Of a stretch of DNA of 64,000 nt, positions 28,944 to 39,386 are shown one piece after another. Each line of letters begins with the position of its first letter. Position 1 is the first letter of the stretch. The stretch comes from an uncultured Polaromonas sp. (GTDB taxonomy: Bacteria; Pseudomonadota; Gammaproteobacteria; Burkholderiales; Burkholderiaceae_C): positions 9,283 through 73,282 of the forward strand of contig CAZIYA010000003.1 in assembly GCA_964543355.1 (NCBI GenBank), written 5' to 3'. Both the position numbers and the translations under genes were made by a program. The notes beneath the pieces were generated by a model. It made no database searches, was not told the origin of the DNA, and saw nothing but the letters and a program-made list of their open reading frames with translations.

Positions 28944-30473
28944 GTGCCCCAGACCTTGCTGCAGCTCCAGGGAATCTCCAAGCGCTATGGAGGTGTTTGC
29001 GCGCTGGACGGCGCGGACCTCGCCTGCCATGCCGGCGAAATACACGCCGTGCTGGGAGAAAACGGGGCGGGCAAGTCCACCCTCATCAAGACCATCGCCG
29101 GGGTGGTGCAGCCCGACACCGGCCGTATCCTCATGGATGGCGTCGAGGTGCACCTGGCTTCGCCGAACGTGGCCCGCGACCATGGGATTGCCTGTGTTTT
29201 CCAGGAACTGTCCCTCGTGCCGGACCTCTCTGTGGCGGAGAACATCTTCCTGTCGCGGCCGCCACGCCGGCGCGGCCTGATCGATTCGAAGGCGCAGCAG
29301 GAGCAAGCCCTCGCGCTGCTGGCCATGCTGGGATGCGGCGACATCCATCCCAGGGAGCGGGTCCGGGACCTGCCGCTTTCGCGCCGTCAGCTGATCGAGA
29401 TCGCCAAGGCGCTAAGCGTCCAGCCGCGCCTGCTGATCCTGGACGAGGCGACCTCGGCCTTGAGCAGCGAGGACGTGGATCGGCTTTACAGGCTTCTGTT
29501 CCAGCTGCGGGCGCGCGGCGTGGGCAGTTTGTTTATTTCACATCGCATGCATGAAGTCAGGGCGCTGGCGGATACCTGCTCGGTGTTTCGCAACGGCCGG
29601 CGCGTAGACACCTTCGCCAGCGGCACCCGCTCCGATGCGGAGGTGGTTCAGCTGATGATCGGCCGCGACGTCGCCAAGTCCTATCCGCCGAAAACCGGCC
29701 CCGCGCCCTGGGCTCTGCCCGCCATCAGCGTGGAGGACCTGACCTGGGTCCCCGAGCTGCACGACATCTCGCTGGAGATCAGGGCGGGCGAGATCGTCGG
29801 GCTGGGTGGCCTGGATGGCCAGGGCCAGCGGGAACTGCTGTTGGCCCTGTTCGGCGTGCTCAAGGGTGTCCAGGGCAAGGTGCAGGTGTTCGGGCAACTG
29901 CGCCGCGACCTGGCGCCGCATGTATGCAAAGCCCCGGACCTGGGCATTGCGCTGATCCCGGAGGACCGCAAGACCGAGGGACTGATCCTGCCCATGAGCA
30001 TTCGGGAGAACATGAGTCTGGCCCACCTGCCTGCGCTCGGGCGCCTCGGCGTTCTCGGCGGAGCGGCGGAGCGTTCCGCGGTGACGCGTATGGTGGAGCA
30101 GTTGCGCATCAAGATCGGATCCACCCTGGACCCGGTGCAGACCTTGTCGGGCGGAAACCAGCAGAAGGTGGTGATTGCCAAATGGCTCATGACCGGGCCG
30201 CGCGTGCTGCTGCTCAATGACCCGACCCGCGGCATCGACGTGGCCACCAAGCAGGAGCTGTACGTGCTGCTGCGCCAGCTCGCCACCCAGGGCGTGGCCG
30301 TGCTCCTGTATTCCACCGACTACGAGGAACTGATTGGGTTGGCCGACCGGGTGCTCATCATGTACGAGGGACGGATCACCCACACTCTGGTTGGCGACGA
30401 GATCAGCGAGCACGCGATCGTGGCATCTTCACTCAACGTTTCGCTCGGCGGCAGGGAGGCCGCCACTGCATGA
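28944..30473 (+). CDS. Sugar ABC transporter ATP-binding protein (two ABC domains)
   Basis: GENGAGKST, LDEATSAL, LSGGNQQK. Confidence 0.93.
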   Translation: MPQTLLQLQGISKRYGGVCALDGADLACHAGEIHAVLGENGAGKSTLIKTIAGVVQPDTGRILMDGVEVHLASPNVARDHGIACVFQELSLVPDLSVAENIFLSRPPRRRGLIDSKAQQEQALALLAMLGCGDIHPRERVRDLPLSRRQLIEIAKALSVQPRLLILDEATSALSSEDVDRLYRLLFQLRARGVGSLFISHRMHEVRALADTCSVFRNGRRVDTFASGTRSDAEVVQLMIGRDVAKSYPPKTGPAPWALPAISVEDLTWVPELHDISLEIRAGEIVGLGGLDGQGQRELLLALFGVLKGVQGKVQVFGQLRRDLAPHVCKAPDLGIALIPEDRKTEGLILPMSIRENMSLAHLPALGRLGVLGGAAERSAVTRMVEQLRIKIGSTLDPVQTLSGGNQQKVVIAKWLMTGPRVLLLNDPTRGIDVATKQELYVLLRQLATQGVAVLLYSTDYEELIGLADRVLIMYEGRITHTLVGDEISEHAIVASSLNVSLGGREAATA

Positions 30474-31456
30474 TCCGGCGCAGCGAATGGGCTATGAGAC
30501 TGCGGCGCAACGGCGGCCCGCTCGCCGCGCTCGCGGTGTTCGCCGTGATGTTCGTGCTGTTCCTGATGCAGCACCCGCGCTCGATCTCCGTGGCCATCGT
30601 CACCACCGCATCCAACAAGGCGGTGCTGCTGGCCATCGTGGCGATGGCGCAGACCTTGCCCGTCATCACCCGGGGACTTGATCTCTCCGTCGGCATGGTG
30701 ATGGTGCTGACCGGTTGCCTCGCCTCCACGGTCGTGAACGGGGCGCCCTGGCAGGTTGCATCGGGTATCGTGCTGGTGCTCGCCTGCGGCGCGGCGGCGG
30801 GCGCGCTCAATGGCGCCATTGTGGTGTTCGGGCGACTGCAGCCCATCATCGTCACGCTTGCAACCGGTGCGGTGTATTTTGGCTTTGCCCTGTTGCTGCG
30901 TCCCGCGCCGGGTGGCGAGGTCAGTGAGGGGCTGTCGGACGCCCTGACCGGCCGGCTGTTCGGGGTGATTCCCACCACCCTGGTTTTGCTGGCTGCGCTT
31001 GTTGTGCTGGGATGGATGCCTTTCAAGCGAACGGTGATGGGGCGCGCATGTTACGCCGTTGGCTCCTCGGAGCAGGCCGCTTACCTCTCCGGCGTTCCGT
31101 CCGAGGGCGCCAAGTTCCTGGCCTACACAATCGCCGGGCTGCTTTCGGGCGTCGCCGGGCTGCTGCTGTCGCTGATCGCGCTGTCGGGTGAGGCCAGCGG
31201 CCCGCAGGCCGGGTTGTATACCCTGAACTCGATCGCGGCGGTCGTGATAGGGGGCACATCCTTGTATGGCGGCACCGGCGGGATGGTCGGCTCCATCCTC
31301 GGCGCCTTCGTGCTGCGCACGATCGGCGACCTGCTGTTCGTGTTCGACGCGCCCGCACTTTGGCAGCCCCTGTTCGAGGGGCTGATCCTGCTGGCAGCCG
31401 TGTGCATGGGTGCTGCGCGCGTGCTGCGCGTCAGAAACCGCCTGGACCTGTTCTGA
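30470..31456 (+). CDS. Sugar ABC transporter permease
   Basis: GLDLSVG, AAVVIGGTSL motifs. Confidence 0.9.
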   Translation: MIRRSEWAMRLRRNGGPLAALAVFAVMFVLFLMQHPRSISVAIVTTASNKAVLLAIVAMAQTLPVITRGLDLSVGMVMVLTGCLASTVVNGAPWQVASGIVLVLACGAAAGALNGAIVVFGRLQPIIVTLATGAVYFGFALLLRPAPGGEVSEGLSDALTGRLFGVIPTTLVLLAALVVLGWMPFKRTVMGRACYAVGSSEQAAYLSGVPSEGAKFLAYTIAGLLSGVAGLLLSLIALSGEASGPQAGLYTLNSIAAVVIGGTSLYGGTGGMVGSILGAFVLRTIGDLLFVFDAPALWQPLFEGLILLAAVCMGAARVLRVRNRLDLF

Positions 31457-32445
31457 TGAGCGGAAGTGAACTGGTCGCCGCGCAGCCTTCGTCCGGGGCT
31501 ACGAAGAGTCCAGTGCAGCGCTTGCTGCTGAATCCGCCCGCCGTGGTGGGGCTGTGCTGTCTGTTGCTGCTTCTGGCCGGCAGTGCCGTGAACAGCAACT
31601 TCCTGATGCCCACCTATCTGCTGCAGCAACTGCAGATCGCGGCTTTTCTCGGGCTTGCCGCAGCGGGGCTGATGGCCGTCATCCTGCTGGGCCACATCGA
31701 CCTGTCCGTGCCATGGACCATCACCACCGGTGCCATGATGGCAGCCGCAGCGGGGGCGACCTACGGAGCGGGGTGGGCCATTCCTGCCGGTTTGTTCTGC
31801 GGAGCCCTGGTCGGGCTGGTGAACGGTTTGGGCGTCGCGTTCCTGCGGATTCCGTCGATGATCTTCACGCTCGGCACCAATGCCGTGCTGCAGGGGCTGA
31901 TGGTGCTGTACACGGGCGGCCATGCGCCCCAGCACGCCGCCACCCAGCTGATGCGCGACCTGGCCGTTGGCAGGACCATGGGCATGCCCAACGCGGTGTT
32001 GGCCTGGGCGGCGGTCTCGCTGCTGGTGCATCTGCTGCTGACGTGCACGGTGGCGGGACGTTATGTCTACGTGATCGGCAACAGCGAACGCGCCGCCTAT
32101 CTCTCCGGCGTCCGAACTGGCAAGATGACGGTCGTCTGTTTCGTCGCTTGCGGTATGTTGGCCTCGCTTGCGGGTGTGCTGCTGGCCGGGTATTCCGGTA
32201 ACGCCTACCAGGCCATGGGTGACCCCTATCTGCTGCCGGCGATCGCGGCCGTTGTGCTGGGCGGCACCAGCATCCTGGGCGGCCGCGGCAGCTACCTGGG
32301 TACGGTCGCCGGCGTGGTGTTCATCGTGCTGTTGCAAAGCATGCTGGCGGTTCTGCAGATGCCCGAAGCGGGCCGCCAGATCATCTACGGGGCGCTGATC
32401 CTGGCCATGTTGCTCCTGTACGGGAGATCGGCCAAATTGAGGTGA
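31456..32445 (+). CDS. Sugar ABC transporter permease
   Basis: HIDLSV, AAVVLGGTSI motifs; TGATG coupling with the upstream gene. Confidence 0.9.
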   Translation: MSGSELVAAQPSSGATKSPVQRLLLNPPAVVGLCCLLLLLAGSAVNSNFLMPTYLLQQLQIAAFLGLAAAGLMAVILLGHIDLSVPWTITTGAMMAAAAGATYGAGWAIPAGLFCGALVGLVNGLGVAFLRIPSMIFTLGTNAVLQGLMVLYTGGHAPQHAATQLMRDLAVGRTMGMPNAVLAWAAVSLLVHLLLTCTVAGRYVYVIGNSERAAYLSGVRTGKMTVVCFVACGMLASLAGVLLAGYSGNAYQAMGDPYLLPAIAAVVLGGTSILGGRGSYLGTVAGVVFIVLLQSMLAVLQMPEAGRQIIYGALILAMLLLYGRSAKLR

Positions 32446-33398
32446 GCATGGGTGAAAGCTACGGTATTCGAGGCGACTTTCGCCTGCATGACGCCCGCTT
32501 TCGTGGCGTGGTGCCTTCCAACGGCTTCGTCGAGAAGCTCTACACCGGTGCACGCTGGGCCGAAGGGCCCGTGTATTTCCCCGCGACCGATTTCCTGCTG
32601 TTCAGCGACATTCCCAACAACCGCATCCTGCGGTGGGTACCCGACGGCGCCGGCGCCGGGTGCGTGGTGGAGTTCCGCAAACCGTCCAATTTCACCAACG
32701 GCAACACGCGCGACGGCGAGGGACGCCTGGTCAGCTGCGAGCATGGCACGCGCTGCGTCAGCCGCACCGAGCACGACGGGCGCCGCACGGTGCTCGCATC
32801 CCTGTTCCAGGGCAAGAGGCTCAATTCGCCCAACGACCTGGTGGTCGGACCCGATGGGGCGGTGTGGTTCTCCGATCCGTCCTACGGCATCCTTTCCGAC
32901 TACGAGGGTTACGCGGCGCAACCCGAGTACGGGGGCCGATACGTGTTCCGTGTCGATCCCGCCAGCGGCCGCGTGGACGCGGCCGCGACCGACTTCGTCC
33001 AACCGAACGGACTGGCCTTTTCGCCAGACGGCCGATGGCTGTACATCGCGGACTCGGGTGCTTCGCACGACCCCGAAGGGCCGCACCACATCCGTTCGTT
33101 CCAGGTGATCGAGGGCAGGCTGCGGGGAGGCGAGGTGTTCGCGACGGTGGATACCGGTATCCCGGACGGGCTGCGCGTGGACGTTCTCGGCAATGTGTGG
33201 ACCAGCGCCGGGGACGGCGTTCATTGCTTTAGCCCGCAGGGCGAGCTGCTTGGCAAGATACTCATTCCGGAGCCGGTGGCCAATCTCGAGTTCGGCGGCC
33301 CCAGAGGCAACAGGCTGTTCATCACGGCCACGACGTCGCTGTATTCCTGCTATCTGGCGACTGCCGGTGCCAGAGCCCAAGCGTCGCGGGCCAGCTAG
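32442..33398 (+). CDS. SMP-30/gluconolactonase-family lactonase
   Basis: WAEGPV, LNSPND, PNGLAFSPD, PDGLRVD. Confidence 0.9.
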   Translation: MSMGESYGIRGDFRLHDARFRGVVPSNGFVEKLYTGARWAEGPVYFPATDFLLFSDIPNNRILRWVPDGAGAGCVVEFRKPSNFTNGNTRDGEGRLVSCEHGTRCVSRTEHDGRRTVLASLFQGKRLNSPNDLVVGPDGAVWFSDPSYGILSDYEGYAAQPEYGGRYVFRVDPASGRVDAAATDFVQPNGLAFSPDGRWLYIADSGASHDPEGPHHIRSFQVIEGRLRGGEVFATVDTGIPDGLRVDVLGNVWTSAGDGVHCFSPQGELLGKILIPEPVANLEFGGPRGNRLFITATTSLYSCYLATAGARAQASRAS

Positions 33399-33495
33399 CG
33401 GGATGGCAGGACCGTTTTCCGGTTGAACCGGCGCATGATCCTGCTGGTCATGGCGGCCGATTCTGGCCCTTCGCCGGGTGGTGGAGGGTGAATTT

Positions 33496-33559
33496 TCAGA
33501 GTCAAATTGCCTTCAAGCCCAATAGACGCGGGCGTGAACAGCTATTGAAACAGGAGCAA
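33496..33559. repeat. Comamonadaceae-type intergenic (REP-like) repeat
   Basis: ...AGCCC...GCGGGCG..CAGCTATT.AAA... layout shared with 62455-62515; lies between convergent genes. Confidence 0.5.
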
Positions 33560-33610
33560 AAGGGCGGACTCACTGCCTGCCCTGCTTCCCCAAGTCACCG
33601 ACCCGCATTT

Positions 33611-35314
33611 TTATGCAGCTCGCAGAACCGCCAGGTAACCGTTCTGGTCCTTGCCGCCTTCTTCACGGATCACGCTGGGCTCCAGGCTGAGGATCTCAAA
33701 GCCATGATCGCCGGCCAGGCGTTCGATATACGCCACCGAGTGTGCGTAACGACGGGTTGGGCGCAGGACCAGATCCTCGGTTTCGCTGGACTCGAATGAG
33801 AAGGCAAACAGGCTCCCCGGCCTCACGGCAGTCCGCGTGGCCTCAAAGACGGCCTCGAGCGCACCGACATAAATGAACACATCGGTGGCGACCACCAGGT
33901 CAAAACGGGTGGTTTGCGGTTCGAGGAAGGTGGTCAGGTCGCTGCACACGAGCTGATCGTAAATGCCGCGCTTGCGCGCCATCTCCAGCATGTTGGGCGA
34001 CAGGTCCACCCCTGTCAGGGTACGCGCCAGCGGTTTGAGGAGAGGTCCGCACAGGCCGGTGCCGCAACCCAGGTCCAGCACGTCCATCCCGCTGGCTGGA
34101 TGCAGCTTGAAGATCTGCTCGCAAATCAGGGCCGGCGTCTGGTACTTCAGGCGCCCCTGCAGGTGGTCGTCGAAGTGCTCCGCATACCAGTCGAACAGGT
34201 TGACCACATAGCGCGCCGGCGCGGTTTCGGGGACAACGTCCGCGCCCAGTGAGGCCAGGGCGTAGGTCAGCTCGGCCCGGTCCCCACCCAGTTCTAGGGC
34301 CTTGCGAAAACTGCGGGCTGCTTCTTCCGGGCGCTTCAGCATGATCAGGGTTTCGGCACGGTCCGAGTGGTTTTTTGCATCGTCCGGGGCCAGCGCGATC
34401 GCGCGATCGTAGTCCTGCAGCGCCTGGTCCAGAATCTTCAGGCCGGCCAGCAGGCCGGCCCGTGTGGCCAGTGTTGACGCCGCATCGGGTTTGACCCGCA
34501 ATGCCCGGTCGAGAATGGAAATGCATTCCTGCGGTGGCTTCTTGAGTTTGTGCATGACGAAGGCCTGCCGCACCAGCGCCTGTTCATGGTCAGGCTTGAG
34601 TTGCACCGCACGGCTGTAGCACGCCAATGCCAGCTCATATTGCTTTTCATGCTGCTGCGTGAGGCCGCGATGGTAATGCGCCTCGGCGAAGTCGGGCGCA
34701 AGCTGAAGCGCACGTTCAATGCTCTGGACGGCTTCCTCATGACGCTCCATGGCGAACAGGGCGTGGCCGCGGTTGTTCAGCACTTCAGGATTGTCGGGGC
34801 GCAGCTGCAACGCCTGGCTGTAGTCGTCCAGCGCTTCCTCAAGACGGTTGAGGTTGTGCAGGCAAAATCCGCGGTGAACAAAGGCTTCCGCGAGGTCGGG
34901 CTGCAGCCGCAGCGCCTCGCCCAGGCTGGTAGTGGCTTCCTCGTAGCGCGCCATGAATCTCAGGGCCTTGCCGCGCGTGAGATGGCAGCGCGCATTGGCC
35001 GGCTGCAGCGAGATCGATTCGTTGCAGCGTTCCAGTGCCATGTCGTACAGGCCAAGATAGAAAAACACCTGCCCCAGGTTGGCCAGCGCATCAGGATCAC
35101 CCGGAGCCAGCGTCAACGAGGTCTCGATCAACCTTCGGGCGTAAAACTGGTTGCCCTTCTGGCTGACGATGACACCCAGCAGGTGAAGCGCGTGATGGTG
35201 ATTGCGGTGTACAGCCAGGATCTGCTCGTACAGGATCTGGGCCTCCGCCAGGCGACCGTGCTGCTGGTGTTCAATGGCCTGCTTGAAGGCAGCTTCTGCC
35301 TCGATCTGGTTCAT
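33611..35314 (-). CDS. TPR-repeat protein with C-terminal class I SAM methyltransferase
   Basis: About 10 TPR units; LFDWYAEHFD, LDLGCGTGLCG, GVDLSPNM, RYAHS. Confidence 0.88.
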   Translation of the reverse strand: MNQIEAEAAFKQAIEHQQHGRLAEAQILYEQILAVHRNHHHALHLLGVIVSQKGNQFYARRLIETSLTLAPGDPDALANLGQVFFYLGLYDMALERCNESISLQPANARCHLTRGKALRFMARYEEATTSLGEALRLQPDLAEAFVHRGFCLHNLNRLEEALDDYSQALQLRPDNPEVLNNRGHALFAMERHEEAVQSIERALQLAPDFAEAHYHRGLTQQHEKQYELALACYSRAVQLKPDHEQALVRQAFVMHKLKKPPQECISILDRALRVKPDAASTLATRAGLLAGLKILDQALQDYDRAIALAPDDAKNHSDRAETLIMLKRPEEAARSFRKALELGGDRAELTYALASLGADVVPETAPARYVVNLFDWYAEHFDDHLQGRLKYQTPALICEQIFKLHPASGMDVLDLGCGTGLCGPLLKPLARTLTGVDLSPNMLEMARKRGIYDQLVCSDLTTFLEPQTTRFDLVVATDVFIYVGALEAVFEATRTAVRPGSLFAFSFESSETEDLVLRPTRRYAHSVAYIERLAGDHGFEILSLEPSVIREEGGKDQNGYLAVLRAA

Positions 35315-35400
35315 GCTGGGTTCTTTCCTGGACACGGTCTCGCTGGTCGCGGATTATGCCGGGGATCCTGGGCGCTTATCCAGTCGACAGCATGCCCCGG

Positions 35401-35703
35401 TTACTCCGGCTGGGTGTCGCCCACGGCACGCGGCGGCGCCACGGCCTCGTTGGCAACGATTTCCGCCAGCAGGCCAATCCACCAGTCGCGGCGTTTTTGC
35501 GCCGACTGGATGGAATGGTCGTCCATCTCGGAAAACAGCGTCTTGATGCTCAGGCCTTCGCACACTTCGAGAAAGTCTTTGGACGCCATGGCGAGCTGGT
35601 CGGCGTTCATGCGCCGCATCACCGACAGCAGCATGGCCGAGTCGATGGCCACAACCATGCGAAGACTGGAGATTTCCGAATGCAGGGTGTCTAGCTTGTC
35701 CAT
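35401..35703 (-). CDS. Hypothetical protein
   Basis: 100-aa ORF with plausible RBS (GAGAAG) and protein-like composition; same strand as the TPR gene. Confidence 0.5.
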   Translation of the reverse strand: MDKLDTLHSEISSLRMVVAIDSAMLLSVMRRMNADQLAMASKDFLEVCEGLSIKTLFSEMDDHSIQSAQKRRDWWIGLLAEIVANEAVAPPRAVGDTQPE

Positions 35704-36191
35704 GGGCCACTTCTCTCAGGTTGGTGCGCCGCCTGCTGGCGCGGTTGATGCGTGTCGTCTGTTCTTTTTCTATCGTAGCCCTTGCACCGGTCTGGGTCGG
35801 TCTGAGGCCACCATGTTGGGGGAGGCACGCAGTGACCGGCACGCAGCCTGGGTGGCCTTGCACCCTGCTGCAGGGGCTGCCGCGAGAAGGTTTAACCCGC
35901 TTTTTTTCGCCAGCCTCGGCCTATTTTTGTAACTTAATCACGAGCCACACACAAAAGTAACCTTTGCGCACATTTCATGCAGAAAATATGCAGCCTATCA
36001 GTGGCAATTCAGTGTCATCAGCAGGTCATGGCCATGTGCAGAATCTGCGACAGCGGTTGTAATTACTTATTGCTTCGCCTGGTTTTGTATTGTAAAAACC
36101 TGTAAATGTAAGAGTTGTGATTGATTCACTGGTCGCTTCATGAGTCGCGGCTCCTTGCTGCATTGTTATCAACCTTTTTCAAGGAGAATTT

Positions 36192-36731
36192 ATGTCTGAC
36201 AGCTTGCAAAAGTGGGTGGGCCGCAACCGGCCGCCACGCGTTCAAATTACATACGATGTGGAGATTGGGGACGCGGTCGAAAAGAAAGAGCTCCCCATGG
36301 TGGTGGGCCTGCTTGCCGACCTTTCGGGTCAGCCGGCAACGCCGCTGCCCAAACTGAAAGACCGCCGGCTGGTCGAGATTGACCGCGACAACTTCAACGA
36401 GATCATGGGGAAAATTTCCCCACGGCTGGACATCTCGGTGCCTGATGCCATGAAGGGCGAAGGCAATATCAAGGTCGAGCTGAACTTCAAGGAGTTCGAC
36501 GACTTCCATCCTGAAGCCATTGTCAAGCAGATCCCTCGTCTGGCCAAGCTGCTCGAAGCACGCCAGCAACTGCGTGACCTGTTGGCCAAACTGGACGGCA
36601 ACGACGAACTCGACAGCCTGCTCGAGAACATTGTCCAGAGCACTGAAGAGCTGAAAACCCTGCAAACCGAAGCCAATGCGGGCGCTGAAGCCCCCGCAGA
36701 TGCTCCGGCCGCCGAAACCCCGGCGGCGTAA
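36192..36731 (+). CDS. tssB: T6SS contractile sheath small subunit
   Basis: RPPRVQITYDVE, ELPMVVGLLADLSG, IDRDNF, DDFHPE. Confidence 0.96.
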   Translation: MSDSLQKWVGRNRPPRVQITYDVEIGDAVEKKELPMVVGLLADLSGQPATPLPKLKDRRLVEIDRDNFNEIMGKISPRLDISVPDAMKGEGNIKVELNFKEFDDFHPEAIVKQIPRLAKLLEARQQLRDLLAKLDGNDELDSLLENIVQSTEELKTLQTEANAGAEAPADAPAAETPAA

Positions 36732-36788
36732 GCAACCATCCCGGTCTGTGCTTCGGCACACCCCTTATTTTTTGGAACGGTGATTGAT

Positions 36789-38288
36789 ATGGCTACTAAG
36801 AAATCAGAAGCAGGCGGCGCAGCAAGTGCCTCCACTGAAGCCGGCAGTGAATTGGGTCTCCTTGACCGGATCATTGTCGAAGGAAATATGGCTGTTGAGC
36901 CATCGCAGGGAACGTATGCGAAGAAGCTGATTGGTCAGTTTGCTTCGCAAATCCTCGACGAAGGCATGAAGGCCAGCCCTGACAAGGGTGTCGTGGCGAT
37001 GATCAATGAGCGGGTCGCTGAAATTGACAAGCTCCTGACCGACCAGCTCAATGAAATCATGCATGACCCGTCCTTCCAGGCGCTGGAAGCGTCCTGGAGA
37101 GGCTTGCACGACATGGTGTTCGGTACGGAAACCAGCACCCGGCTGAAGCTGCGGCTGCTTAATGTCACGAAGAAGGAGCTGCTCAAGGACCTGGAGTCTG
37201 CTGTCGACCATGACATGAGCGTCCTGTTCAAGAAGATTTACGAGGAAGAATACGGCACCTTCGGCGGCCATCCTTATTCCGTGCTGATCGGCGACTACAC
37301 GTTTGGCCGCCACCCGCAGGACATGGCCTTGCTCGAGCGCATGTCCAAGGTGGCCGCAGCGGCGCACGCACCGTTCATTGCCGCCGCATCGCCTGCCTTG
37401 TTTGACATGAAGTCGTTCACCGAGCTGGGTGTTCCGCGCGACATGTCCAAAATCTTCGAAAGCGCCGAACTGGCTACCTGGCGCAGCTTCCGCGAGTCCG
37501 AGGACTCGCGTTATGTGTCGCTGGTGTTGCCCAGCTATGCAGCACGCCTGCCCTACGGCGCCAAGACGATTCCGGTTGAAAACTTCAACTTCGAGGAAGA
37601 CGTTGACGGCAAGGATCATTCGAAATACCTGTGGGCCAACTCCGCTTACCAGCTGGGTTTGCGCATCACCGACGCCTATGCCAAATACGGCTGGTCAACC
37701 GCCATCCGCGGCGTGGAAGGCGGCGGCAAAGTCAGCGGCATGACTGCTCATGCATTCAAAACCGACGAAGGCGACGTGGTCCTCAAGTGCCCCACGGAAG
37801 TGCTGATCACTGATCGCCGTGAAAAGGAACTCAACGACCTTGGCTTTATTGCAATCGTGAACTCCAAGGGGTCGGACTTCGCGTCCTTCTTTGGCGGCCA
37901 GACGGTCAACAAACCCAAGCTCTACAACAAGGATGCGGCCAACGCCAATGCGCAGTTGTCTGCCCGTCTGCCCTACGTGTTGGCAGCTTCGCGTTTTGCG
38001 CACTACATCAAGGTCATCATGCGCGACAAGATCGGCAGCTTCCAGTCGCGCGGACAGGTGGAAACTTACCTGAACAACTGGATTGCCGACTACGTCCTGC
38101 TCAATGAGTCTGCCCCTCAGGAAATGAAAGCCCGTTTTCCGCTGGGTGCCGCGCGCATTGACGTGACCGAAGTGGCCGGCAAGCCCGGTGCGTATCAGGC
38201 AACCTGTTTCCTGAAACCGCACTTCCAGATGGAAGAATTGACGGCGTCGATTCGCCTGGTTGCGGAACTGCCTGCTGCCGCCGCCTGA
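36789..38288 (+). CDS. tssC: T6SS contractile sheath large subunit
   Basis: FQALEASWRGL, YEEEYGTFGG, AAAAHAPF, SRFAHY, LKPHFQ. Confidence 0.96.
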   Translation: MATKKSEAGGAASASTEAGSELGLLDRIIVEGNMAVEPSQGTYAKKLIGQFASQILDEGMKASPDKGVVAMINERVAEIDKLLTDQLNEIMHDPSFQALEASWRGLHDMVFGTETSTRLKLRLLNVTKKELLKDLESAVDHDMSVLFKKIYEEEYGTFGGHPYSVLIGDYTFGRHPQDMALLERMSKVAAAAHAPFIAAASPALFDMKSFTELGVPRDMSKIFESAELATWRSFRESEDSRYVSLVLPSYAARLPYGAKTIPVENFNFEEDVDGKDHSKYLWANSAYQLGLRITDAYAKYGWSTAIRGVEGGGKVSGMTAHAFKTDEGDVVLKCPTEVLITDRREKELNDLGFIAIVNSKGSDFASFFGGQTVNKPKLYNKDAANANAQLSARLPYVLAASRFAHYIKVIMRDKIGSFQSRGQVETYLNNWIADYVLLNESAPQEMKARFPLGAARIDVTEVAGKPGAYQATCFLKPHFQMEELTASIRLVAELPAAAA

Positions 38289-38376
38289 TGCAGCGGAGCA
38301 TCAAGCGTATTTGAATAGGGGGCTGGCCGGTTCGGACCCGCCTCCATCTCTTGGTTGGTTATTTACGGAGTGACTC

Positions 38377-38868
38377 ATGATTTATCTCAAAATTGATTCC
38401 ATCAAAGGCAACTGCACGGAAGATCCGTACAAAGAACAAATCATCGTGGACTCATTCAGCCACAGCCTGAGTCAATTCCTGACCTCGCGGCCGGGCAATA
38501 CCGAGAGGACTTCCGATGGTCCCCAATTTTCGGAAATGACCTTTTCGAAGACCATGGACTCGTCCTCCCCGGGGCTTTATCAGGCCTGCGCGGGAAATTT
38601 GAAACTGGGCACCGCCACTGTTTCCGTGACGCGCATCGAAGGCGCCAAAGTGATGTCTACCATCCAGTATGTGCTTGGCGATGCGATGATTTCGAACATC
38701 AGCACCTCGGGCTCCGGCGGTGGGGATCTGCCGCAGGAAAGTTTCAGCATCAATTTCACGACGATCACGTCGCAAATGACGCAGCAAAACGCCGACTCCA
38801 CCAAGAAGGGTGTGGCTCCGTTTGGTTGGGACCTCAAAGAGGGCAAAGCCCTCGCGCCGGCTGCCTGA
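38377..38868 (+). CDS. hcp: T6SS tube protein Hcp (TssD)
   Basis: IYLKIDSIKG, FSKTMDSSSP, PQESFSINF, GWDLK; position after tssBC. Confidence 0.92.
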   Translation: MIYLKIDSIKGNCTEDPYKEQIIVDSFSHSLSQFLTSRPGNTERTSDGPQFSEMTFSKTMDSSSPGLYQACAGNLKLGTATVSVTRIEGAKVMSTIQYVLGDAMISNISTSGSGGGDLPQESFSINFTTITSQMTQQNADSTKKGVAPFGWDLKEGKALAPAA

Positions 38869-38922
38869 CGACCTGTGTTCTTTCACCGATGTCAGCCGGT
38901 TCGTTAAGAAACGCACGCGATC

Positions 38923-39384
38923 ATGTCGGAACTCGTCCGAGGCTCGCCAGTACCTCTTTTCGATCGGCTGTCGTCTGTGCAGGGATCGGACGGTAGTCGG
39001 CATCAGCTCTTGACACCTGAGCAGCTGGAGGTGTCCATTGGGCACGAATTGTCGCGCCTCATGAATACCCGCTCGCCTCTCAAGCCGTCGGAATTTTCCG
39101 GTAGCACGGGAACTACCATTGACTACGGAATCCCGGATATTTCAGCGCTTTCCCCCAAATCCCATCCGGATCTTGACCTGTTGCAATCGACCATCAAGCA
39201 AGCCGTCAATCACTACGAACCCCGCTTGAAGGATGTCACCGTCAAGGCTTTTCCAGCGGCCAGCGGGGGTGGTGCGGCGACGTTGGTGATTGGTGGGACT
39301 GTGACGATAGGCTTGAAATTGCGTCAGCTGAACTTTGAGCTTCAACTTGATCAGCGGCAGGGTAGCCGCACAAAGGCGGCCTGA
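38923..39384 (+). CDS. tssE: T6SS baseplate gp25-like subunit
   Basis: PLFDRL, LMNTR, DYGIPD, YEPRL. Confidence 0.92.
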   Translation: MSELVRGSPVPLFDRLSSVQGSDGSRHQLLTPEQLEVSIGHELSRLMNTRSPLKPSEFSGSTGTTIDYGIPDISALSPKSHPDLDLLQSTIKQAVNHYEPRLKDVTVKAFPAASGGGAATLVIGGTVTIGLKLRQLNFELQLDQRQGSRTKAA

Positions 39385-39386
39385 AC

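Noticed and set aside
36120-36175. Sigma-54 promoter for the T6SS
   Set aside because: The best GG...GC candidate has 9-nt rather than 10-nt spacing, and no enhancer-binding protein gene is in the cluster
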